Positions 22,930 to 33,815 of a DNA stretch of 64,000 bases are shown one piece after another. The stretch's first letter is position 1; every line of letters begins with the position of its first letter. Origin of the DNA: Takakia lepidozioides (lineage: Eukaryota > Plantae > Bryophyta); assembly GCA_030704615.1 (NCBI GenBank), contig CM060731.1:1736001-1800000 (forward strand). The letters are read 5' to 3'. The notes under the pieces were generated by a model. The model was not told the DNA's origin. It searched no databases and saw only the letters and a program-made list of their open reading frames with translations. The translations under genes and the position numbers were made by a program.

Positions 22930-25900
22930 AAATAGGTGATGGTGCGGTCACGTCCCCATCGGTACACGGAGGATGATTTCCAGAACGTTTATGTAGTTGT
23001 ACAACCACCCAACCCGGGTTCGAACAATGGTGTGGTTGACATACCTCCATGAGCACCTCGGCGCCATAGACTCGATGATGTGCCAATTGTACCACATGTG
23101 CCTGAACAAGCCCCCGGGCATCCCATTCCACTTCCTTTGCCGCCTCGAGGCCCTAGGCCTCCAGGTCCAGAGCCACGAGGCCCCAATCGGCCCACATTCG
23201 AGGAACCCCCGCCGAAGAAGTGTTGGTGCAAGAAGTGTTGGGCACGGACACTACCGGGGTTTCGACCAGTCATGCGTCAGGCACACATTGTTGAAGACCA
23301 CTACAAGAGAAATGGGCTTGCGGATGCGGCAAGGGTGAGTCTCTAAGAACCCATCATACTAACATTAATACTTTAGGGTTGTTCTAGTGTTTTGTAAATG
23401 TGACACAAGTTCAGTTAACTTAAATCTCTTGGGTAGGAATACAAATGGCTAATTATTAAATCATGTAAATGTACATGCAGCCACGAGTATTTGCCCAGGC
23501 ACGCAACCTCATTGCATCACAAGCATATGAGATGGGCCTTGCTTCAGAGTTGGAAGTCCATCATGTGCCGGATGTGACCGTGTTTTTCCCTCAAGAGGAG
23601 GTAGATAGAATCCGTGAGATGAAGGGCTATGGATGGGCGTACAACCGGTTTGGTAGCCGGGCCGGACCACGGCCACCAGCTTTGACATCTCGGCCTCCCG
23701 GCCTTGTACCTGATCCACCACCGGCCAATGTTCCTATATGTCCTCCAGATCTTGTACCTGCTCCACTATCTCTTGCCACCATCTACTCCCCTTCTATCTG
23801 ATCCACCACCTGTCGATGTTCCCACATCTCCTCCCGGCCTTGTACTTGCTCCACCATCTCTTTTCCTTGTACCCGATCCACCACCGTCCGACGTTCCCAC
23901 ATCTCATCCCGGCCTTGTATTTGCTCCACCATCTGATCCTGATCCATGTCCACCCTCTCCTCCCTGTGTGTCTGATCCAGTACTACCAGTGGTACTCAAC
24001 GCTTCCACATCTCTTCCCCTTGTACTTTCTTCCACACCTCCCGATCCATTCCCACCATCTCTTCTCATTCCCACCTCCAGTTGTAGCTTCTACACCCCCA
24101 CCTTTTGTAGCATCCCACCCTCCCCTCCCGCAGAGCCATGCTGGGACTACAGGACGTCATGCACCTCGTACTCCCCAGCAATGTAGGGCCCGTCCTGCAC
24201 TTGAGGTTCATCGGGCCGAGGATCCAAACATTCGGGACCAGAATGATAGAAGGTTGCTCATGAGATCAATCAAGCCTGCTTGTTGGATGACCTCCCTTAG
24301 CTCGTACTCCTATTCCTAAGAATGAGCTATTCGTTTATTGGGGTTGGCATTATTGTGTAAGACCCGCAACTAACCTGGCCATGGGTCTCGGGCTTTTTGC
24401 AGTGGATGACATCTCAGTTCCCCGTGGAAGAGATCGGATAATGGACTCGTTTCCCTATTTTGGTCCCTACTACACTAGAGGTGAGTGGGGCACATTGCGT
24501 TGGGTGGCCCCTTACATACGGCCTTTTGTTCTATGCGTGAAAGATATTAACGTACGAGAGCGGATGTTGAGTCCCTCGGAGAGAATTTATTGTGATGGCG
24601 ACCCCGATGTCTTCGGCAATGTTGCAGGGCTCATCAATAGTTCCATTGGTGACTCCAGATGAACCAATGTACTATGGGATGAGCAACATGATGGGGATAG
24701 GAGACTAGTGCCTTCAATATCCACATTTGTCATGACATGTGCATGTAGGACAATTAGGGCCGGATCCGAGTTGTTTGCCTCATATGAGTTCTCTGAGGAG
24801 GCATGGAACCGTAGGGAGAACCATTAGTGGGATGTGTTTTGGAGACATGTTAGAAACAATCGGTAGGGATTCACAAAGAACCATGTTGGGTTGTTTGCAA
24901 CTTGTCATGCGTTTATATACATATTTTTTACGATCGACATGGTGTCGACATTGTGATAATTGCATGTCCACTTCTCAATTGGCATATCAAACAATATATA
25001 CAATATTTCATAACATGAATCATCGTCGTCATTGCTTGAGCATTCCATATTTACTTTCATCCTTAAAAATAAATGAAATCTTGGGCCTAACCTTTTAGAT
25101 GGAAAGAAAAGTACCAACACCACTAACATGTAATTTGAATAGAACATTGTATATTGTACTGAAAAAATTGTTTTGGTCTTCTAATTAGGTGCATGCACCA
25201 GAAGTGTATGCATCGAGGCACCAACCATCTCATACCAGCATTGAGGTAGAGAATGTTGACTATGGCGAGGAGGACCATGATGAGAATGATGAGGGTGCGC
25301 CCCACTTGCATATTCCCGAAGACGTTGCAAGGGATGTCCCAATGTTGAGGATGGTTTGGACCTTGATGAGGTCAGAGCCATGGAGGATCTTTTAATGAAC
25401 CATTTGGGTGTCGAGGGACAACACATTGGGGATCATCACGATACGTCCACGGTGGATGGAGAAGATCCGGGTCCAAGTGCAATGGAGGATGAGGCCAACA
25501 CACCGTTGTACAAAGGGGCGAAAGTCAGCAGGCTTTCCACCATATTGTTATTGCTTAATTTGCAAACCAGGTTTGGCATAAGCAATGGTGGATGTCTGCA
25601 ATCATGCGCACTATGGAGACTACATCCTCGCCCCCATTTAGAGTAAAAAATGCCACGCTCGAGAAAAGAGGCAAGACAAGTCCTTGACTCAGTGGGGATG
25701 GGTTACAAAATTATCCATGCATGTCCTTGTGATCGGACCTTGTACTATGGAGACCATGAGTGTGCTACCACGTGTCCCCGGTGCAAACAATCTAGATACC
25801 GAGATGATGTTCAAGGAAAGAAGATCCCATGAAAGGTAAATTATCTAATTTCCATTGTATAACTTGGTAGGGTTTTGGGTTTTGAAGGTTCTGATATTGC

Positions 25901-28650
25901 CCGAATAATTTTGCGTTTCATAAATGTTAGTACAAACAGAAGAATAAATATATGATGCATGAAATATGCAGGGAATAGGCAAATCAAATATTCATTGACA
26001 TTGTTATAGGTGATGTCAGTGTAATTTAGGATTTAGGTTCAAGGTAGCAGATTGTTTCTCAATCGTATGTTGTGCAATTAATATGTATGTATGTGTAATA
26101 TGAGAGTATATGGAAATATAAACATGAAGTTGATTTTGTCATATTGCTTGTGGGTGGGGTTAGAAAATGCATTATTTTCCAATCATCCCACGCTTGAAAG
26201 CACAATCTCGGAGTCCATCCTTCGCACAACTCATGAAGTGGCATGCGACACATCAAAGCCCCCCGGGAAAGATATGTGGCCCCCATGATTCTCAAGCATG
26301 GAAACACACCGAGGAGAAATGGCATTTTCTGAAGGAAGATCCTAGCCATGTTCGTCTCGGCTTGTCTATGGATGGGCCAGTCTAGTAGCCATTCAACTTG
26401 GCCTTTGACACTGGTTAATTACAACATCCCTCCCTATCTTGCTATCAAGAAGGGCCATATTATGTTGGCTGCCATTGTGTCAGGTGAATAACAAAACTCT
26501 TTCTTGTTGTTTTACGATGTACGTGGTAGTACAATGTCGAATATATATGTAACTAAGATGATTTGTTTTGTTTGTATTTGAAACGATCTGATATGTATTA
26601 TAAATAACTTGTGTTGTAGGGAAAAAACAAGTGAAGGACATGGATGTGTATATGCGTCCATTGGTTGATGAACTGAAGCTTTTATGAATAGAGTTCCAGC
26701 CTATGATGCATCGGCACCCACTGGCCGATGTTCTTTTCTCTTGCGAGGGCTTTTGCTATGGACAATGCATGACTATCCAGGTACAATAACCGGGGGGAAG
26801 AAAAAGCTGAGAGGTGATCACCTTGGTGCGAGGCGAGAGCTCCAAGCCCAAAACCGTATGCAACGACTATGGCCTCAAGAAGATGGTGTGGACATGAACA
26901 ATGTTCCCAAGTGGAAGTATAGGACACCAACTTGGACATGGACAAAGGAGGAATGGAAGCAAGTCCGAACCACAATACGAGGTATCCGGACCCCAACCGG
27001 GTATGGCGCATCTCTACGCAACAAATTTGAGGATGCCGCCACTATCCATCGTTCACGAAGAAGTGACGAGCACACATTCTCCTCAATATGCATGGGATCA
27101 AGGAGGTGCCGGATTTTCAGATCCTGGTTTACAAAGTTTATTGAAATACGAGGCGCATAATGTTAAATCCCAACTAAATTCATGGTTTTGTGCAGGGCTT
27201 TCAGTTTGTTCAGGACTAAGCACAAAGGGATATACATGATGTTCATGTTGTGGGCCGGATAACCTTGATGCAAAGCATTCGAAGAATGTCGGGAAAATGA
27301 TCTATCCCCACTATTGGAAATTTCTACCTCTCGACCATCCATGGAGAACGAGAGGCAAGAAATTATTTGATGGAACCGTGGAGAGGAGACCTCCACCCGT
27401 GCGTCCACCCGGGTCATTTTGGAAAGGCCGGTGGAAAGAGGTGGTGGATAAAAAACGTGTGGCATGTCCCGGCTCTCAATCTTCTACGAGTTGCCTTATT
27501 GGGGGTACAAGTCCGAAATGCATCCCTCCATACAGATGATTCCCTTGAATGTCCTCAAATTTCTCATATGAAATTGCACCGAGTTTAGGGTTTATGACAA
27601 ATTATATGGAAATTTCGTGATAGCCGTCTATCGACTGGGGGACTTGTTCCGCTGGATTTGCACAAAAGAGCCAGAGAAGGATTTTGAACGAATGAAAGTA
27701 GAGGCGGCCACGGTGTTGTGTATGTTGGAGATGCATTTTCCCCCTAATTTCTTTGACCTCCAAATGCACTTGGTAGTGCATTTGGTGGAGGAGGCCGAGA
27801 TTTCCGGTCCGGTCCATGCTCGTTGGATGTACTTTCTTGAGAGCTATATGAAGGACTTGAAAGCACATGTGCGGCAAAGGTGCATCCCAAGGGTAGTATG
27901 GCGGAGGGGTACACCTTTGCAGGAGGCTATGGTTCTATGTACAGAGTACATGAAGAGGGTGGACAAAGATGCCCCCCGAATGTGGAAGGAAGAGGGGGAT
28001 GTAACAAGGAAGAAGCAAGTTTTGCCAAATAAGTCCAAGAGGGTGAAGCTTTCCGCCACATTGGTAGAGCAAGCACATGTCTTTGTGTTGAAGAACACCT
28101 CGTGTATGGTGGAGTGGGAGGCAAGACATGTGAATGAGAATGCACGGCGGTTGGAGGCTAGTCACACTTGGAGACGCACACATGGACGGGATCAGGCGCG
28201 TGCATCACTAGGGCGAGACCGCGGGCGAGGGCCAGTTTCTGCTTTGCCTTCTGATTTGCAACAATTGAGACCCTTCCGTCATTGGCCTTGGAGTGCAGTT
28301 GAACATGCAATGAACAACGGTGAGGTGGTGTCACCCTTGGTGCGCGAGCTATCGAGGGGGGGCATCCCAATATGCCCTTTCGTTCACCTCAATGTGGGTT
28401 CATGATCGCCATTTCCGCATCCGCTCTCTTGACATGCGCCGGAAGACCACTTTTGACTCCGATTTGTGTGCAACATATTGGCAAGATTCCGTGACACAAG
28501 CAGAAGGGACACTCGACCCGAAAGAAGCAAGCTTGAATATATTGGGGAGCTTGATACCATTTTGCAAACTTCAGTATAATGGGCCACGGCCGCCTGTACG
28601 ACGTGCATGGCCTCTTCCGCAGTGTGCATGGAAGAGTACATGGGGGTTTG
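22930..28650 (+). mobile_element. CACTA element 2: decayed Tnp2 transposase gene with embedded SET exon
   Basis: Exon 1 CWCKKC..VEDHYKRNG (transposase-associated Zn motif). Then TPLYKGA, IHACPCD..CPRC..SRY, YFPIIPRL, HDSQAWKH, VRLGLSMDG, YNIPP, DVYMRPLVDEL, WTMHDYPG, FLPLDHPWR, LEMHFPPNFFDLQMHLVVHL..GPVHARWMY. Termini not found. Confidence 0.9.
24291..24827 (+). pseudogene. SET domain (lysine methyltransferase-like) carried by CACTA element 2
   Basis: One frame reads CVRPATNLAMGLGLFAVDDI..FPYFG..YCDGDP..GNVAGLINSS.GDSR*TNV..VMTCACRTIRAGSELFASY. This fits the SET motifs GxGLFA.xDI, GNxARxINHS..N and AxRxIxxGEELxxxY. Single TGA at 24660, likely from CGA. Confidence 0.8.
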
Positions 28651-29594
28651 CTAGTTGACGTGGTCTGCTTCACAACGTCTGTTGGTTGTCATGGTTCACA
28701 TGGTCTGGGATAAAGTCTGCGAGAAGGTCTGCGTTCATGGCCACCGACAACGTCTGTTAATAAGATTTGTTAGGTCTGATGACATACCATGATCTAGGAC
28801 TGTGGTCCACAGTCCAATATCTTTCATCAGCCGATCCATGAAAGGCCTTGTCAAGCTCTCCCAGAGCTGCAACACGGTCCTCTGCTGAAACCCGCTCTGG
28901 AAAGCATGTCGTTTTTGTTGAATGCAATGTCCAAAACCGCACGCTCCTGCATTGTTAGCAGACCAAGGATGAATGCTTTGTTTCTGACAATGTTTGTGAC
29001 ATTGTTGCAGAGTATGACCTGGAGGACGAGCTTGTTCGGAATGCTCTTGACCAATACGCCAATGGCACCGACAGCTTCTAAGAGCCCTCCGTGGCCTTAA
29101 TGGCGTCGAGTCACCCGTTAAATGCAGGCTCATTGGAGTTCGTACAGCAAACAGACCCTTCATCTACACAGAAAAAACAACTCCCATGGAGACCCAGGAA
29201 GACCGCAACGAGCAGACCCTTCCCAGCAAAATCCCAAGTACCGACATGCAAACCAGCAGACCTTGTTGATGGAGAACAAGGAACAGTAGACCCCCGACTG
29301 GATTGTCAGTACTCCCCAACCAGACAATGTGGTGGGACACCCAAAAGGTCCGAGGCCCTTGTTCTCGAATCGTTGGCTAGACTTCGTGAGACTCGTTTGG
29401 GTGACAAAAATTTGTCTTTGGCAAAACAAACTTTCGTGGAGGCCATTGCACACCTTACCCCAATTACCGGGGAGACCTGGTATGCACACCTTTCCAGACA
29501 ACAACTTCCACAACACCTTCCATGAGCAAACCTTTCCAGATCAGCGGGCACCCATCTTACATCACAGCAGACCTTCCCACCATCCACCTTCCTA

Positions 29595-29870
29595 GAGCAG
29601 ACCGCTGCGGTGGAAAGCAGACCAGAGCATACCAATGAGACCAGACAAGACAGACCAGACCAGACCGGAGGAGTCCTCACTAGACCAGACCACACCAGAG
29701 CTCCAGACGAGCCGAGTGTGCACAACAGACCAGACCCCAAAAGACCAGATGATACCAGACCAGACCACACCAGAGCGATGGACTCCAGACGAGCCGAGTG
29801 CACAACAGACCAGACCCCAGAAGACCAGAGGATACCAGACCACCACCACACCACACCAGACCGTATCAAA
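29595..29870 (+). repeat. (CCAGA)n-type minisatellite with an approximately 78-bp higher-order duplication
   Basis: Dense accagaccagacc runs. Block agaccagaccacaccagag..ctccagacgagccgagtg..cacaacagaccagacccc occurs at about 29682 and 29757. Confidence 0.9.
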
Positions 29871-32800
29871 AGCCTTTCCCAACCCGTGCAGACCTGATCA
29901 GACCTTGCCGGAGGACACCTGCCTGGTACATTGCTTGACAACAGCACCGCAGAAGTGCATCGCGACGCAGGTATGGACGCTGACACCTCACCATTCCAAC
30001 ATCAGCAGACCCTGCCAGTGCAGGACATTCAGACATTCGTGAAGTCTTGGCGGAAGAAAGAAAAAACACAACCCAGGAAGCGACGACGAATTCTCCATGG
30101 CACTTACGAGTGTTGACGAAAAAAATGAGAGGAGCCGCAAAGCCAATTCATCATTTCCCCCCCACTGAAATCTGTGAGAAGCAAAGAATGGTGGGACCTT
30201 ACTTTTGCCACCAGATCTTCTGACACAGCACAGCCTGAACAGAACCGAGAAGGCGTCAATGCTCATTTATCCATAGTACAGACCAATTCTGCAATTGCAA
30301 CTATGGACTATGACTGTGACAGTTTGGTCTGTGACCTTCCCCATCTGCTAGAGGCATGGTCTACAGAAGATGAGGACGCATCTTTGGCCGTTTTGCCGCT
30401 TACTTGTGTGGACCCTGACTCGTCTGTACACCCACAACTGGCGTTAGACGAATCCGTTGATAGGGTGCTTCTTATGTTCGACTCCACACTGACAAGGTAG
30501 ACCCCACAGCAGACCATTCAGCAGACCTTGCCGAAACCCATGCACATGTTTCTGTCCATTCTCATTCTCTGGATCCAGTCACTGTAGTCGAAGATGTACC
30601 TGCCACAGGAGTGGCGCTATTGCAGACACCCACAGCGCCTACAAAGGTATGATTCCATTGCATTTTTGCAGTCCAATTTTTTTTTCCTGTGCATTTGGGT
30701 GGTGATTGCTGATGTTTTGTGGTCTGATATTCGTGTGAAGGTTCTGGCGTCTGAGGTCTCAGCTCGTGGTCCGTCGCAGGTGCTCAACATAGGGTCAAGC
30801 ACAAAGGGTGGACCAGTAGTAATAACCCCCACCTTAGGGGCCAGTTCCACCCATGGAGTGCAAGAAGCATCTAGAATGGGACCACAGAGTGTTAATAAAC
30901 CCCAGGACACAATCCTGCTGCGAAGCCGAGCTAGCCAGCTCCAGGAGGGTATGAAGGAGACGGTTGTTGCATTGGAAAAGAAGTTGGAGGAACTTGCTTA
31001 ACCAAATAGAGCGACGGTAGCTGGGAAAGAAGTGCATACCAGATGGCGTGGCAGACCCGAGGCTAAAAACAATTCCCCCCAAAAAAGACGCTGCAAAAAA
31101 AACCCAAGTCCGGAGTGTACATGAGTGCTCTGAACACACCAACTCCATGGGTCCGCAGTAAAAAGTTTGTATGGGTCTGTTGGGTCTGATGTGGCTGCCG
31201 TTCATCCGCTCCATTGGTCTGTTCATTGGGTCTGTTACCGTATCCGTTGTAGGTCTGGTCTTTCTGGGTGTGGTCCTTCTGGGTCTGCCAGCCCGGTTCT
31301 GTCGTGGTCTATCTTCTTAAAGGCTTTTTCCGAGTTTGTGCAGGTTCACTGCCCGATTTGGCTCCACTTTCAACGCACATATCTCTGAGGGAAAAACAAT
31401 GTTGTTTGAGTGCAGTATTGCCACCGAGGACCTGAAAGCCCTAGAGAAACAGGAATCCGAGGCTACAGACCGATTGCTTGAGTTATGGTGTAGGTTTTAT
31501 TAGAAGGATCTCGATGTCAAGACATATAATGATGTTGCTATTTTATCGTTAGTCCACTGTACTATCTTGGTCTACCCATTTAAGTGCTTCATTGAATTAT
31601 GCTTGCTTCATTGCTCTACTACATTGGTCTACTGATTCACTTTGGCTCATTTATTGACTTCATTGGTCTCCTTCATCAATCCTTTAAAAAACACATAGAG
31701 GGACTCCCAGATGCTCTGCCGCATTGGTCTACTGTAGGTGAGTACTAGTGTACTGCAGGTGATCTGCGATCATGGTCTGCCGCATTGGTCTATTGCAGGT
31801 GAGTATTGGTCTACCGCATTGGTCAACTACAGGTCCTTTCCTTAGTTAGATTGATCATTTTCTCAGTTCTGGACGATGAGACACCCGCCTCAGAGCCGAG
31901 TAAATGTGGCTAACAGGGGGAAGGGCAGACATACGTTCTCTCCCAGTTAGTTTTATTTTCCGCCGAGCTTGAAAATGTTCCACAAAATCATTTTTCCTCT
32001 TCAATGTCATGTTGTTGTTGTCTTTTACACGATTGAACGCTCGTGCTGTAGTCGGGTGTAACATGCCGGAAGCTTTTTTGATGAGGATGTCCTGCAACTG
32101 CCCTCGGCAAACACGCACCGCAAACAAGCAATGGTGTATAAGGTATGCGTCGTTGTGTACAAGGTCAAGTAGGTCGGTTATCTCCCGTTTCAAAATAGCT
32201 TCCAACAGGTCTGGCGTGAGCAATGACTCCGCCGTGTTCGGGGTTGCGCTTGCACGCACATTGTCGTTACCGCTTTTGAGGTCACATGCTGCCATGCTGT
32301 CGTGTTCGTCCAAATTCTCCAACCCACCATGAACAATACCGAGGTGGGTACCACATGTCCGGACAATGAGACCATCTTGCATGTCTGGTTTTAGCAACTT
32401 TATGACCGGAACCTGGTGCTTGCACAGATTGCCTTTCAGCGCCCACGGGCAGGTGCAACAGGCCCAATGCGACTCTGGATTGAACACGGTGTACGTTGTA
32501 TTAGGATCGGAGGAGCTGATCACGTAAGCAGGCTGCCCAGGCGCTGCAGGCAAAGTCACACGTGAAAGAGGTATGTCATGGGCTGCACATATTGCACTGG
32601 AAATGTGTTTTTTCTGTTTATCGTTGCGAATAAACCCATGCGTCTTCAGATGAATGCTGTACCAGTAGTAGATAAGTACACGCCCAGTCAACTCCCATAT
32701 GAGCCAGTTGGCTCTTCGACCCGTCATTTTGCCTTTGCCCATATTAAGTCTCGCCTTTAAGTTTCCGTGGTATGTCTCGATACTTGCATTAGTATCTTGG

Positions 32801-33153
32801 CTTGCATGTGGAATATTGTGGGCAACAGTACACCATATAGCAATTTTGGGAACCCAGTACACATGAATATAGTGGAGGAACAACTGACCAGCAGGATATT
32901 TCTTTTTCATTGACTTCAATTTTTTCTTAACCCATTTCACAGCTTCGTCTCCTTTCTGCAGTCCACCTCTGCAGTACATAAGGTCGCCCATATCTGCCAA
33001 CAGTTTCGAGGATGTTCCCGGATCACTGATTTTCTGGCATGATTGCTTGACCCAGGCCTTCCGTACAGGCCAAAGGCAGAGGAAAATGCATACTCTGTGA
33101 AAACAGACCTGCATGTGGCCACAAAGTCAGAAGTGCCTGGACCGGGCATTCGT

Positions 33154-33396
33154 ATTCAGCACTGCCACAAGCGTGAGACCAAACAGGGCAGACCAAATAG
33201 GGCAGACCATATAGCAGACCCTGGAGCGGACCATAGGGCAGATTGAGATGTGGTATACCGGATTCAGCACTGCCACAAGCGTGAGACCAGACAGGGCAGA
33301 CCAAATAGGGCAGACCATATAACAGACCGTGGAGCAGACCATAGGCCAGACCATATGGCAGACCATAGGGCAGATTGAGATGTGGCATACCGGATT
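33154..33396 (+). repeat. Intronic two-copy direct repeat (108 bp and about 130 bp) built of GCAGACC units
   Basis: attcagcactgccacaagcgtgagacca.. starts at 33154 and 33262. GCAGACC recurs about every 11-12 bp. Confidence 0.9.
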
Positions 33397-33649
33397 GCAT
33401 TGATTTCTGCTTCAGCGTCGTTGACAATGAAGGCATTTGGCCGCCAGGTGGGCATTTCCTTAAGGAGGGCATCACGCAATGCTAACATCCACGGGATAAG
33501 GTCTGATGTTCGATTGTGTGCTGACAATATGTATGCAACCGGAATTCCGTTCAACCATTGGTCGAACACCATCAACGTGTACAAGGGGAACTGCATGAAA
33601 TGACAATTCGTAATTAGCAGACCAGTATCGTGCCGACAGGCCCTATTTT

Positions 33650-33815
33650 AACAGGGTGTACTAGCACAGGGTGAAAACGCACAGGGTGTACTGCAACTGG
33701 GTGAACACGCACATGGTCTACTATAACAGGGTGAACACGCAAAAGGGTCTGCCCTAAAATAGAGTGCAGTGGAAGGTCTGCTGGAACAGGGTGTACTGGG
33801 ACATGATCTACCACA
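33650..33815 (+). repeat. Intronic tandem repeats of acagggtg-containing units
   Basis: Alternating acagggtgtact / acagggtgaacacgc units within a MULE transposase intron. Confidence 0.8.

Noticed and set aside
23299-23313. CACTACAAGAGAAAT as the left TIR of CACTA element 2
   Set aside because: It lies within the coding motif DHYKRN of exon 1, and element-like sequence continues upstream.
29306-30042. ORFs with repeated VWSG or RPDQT peptides
   Set aside because: By-product of the CCAGA minisatellite, which is open in several frames on both strands.
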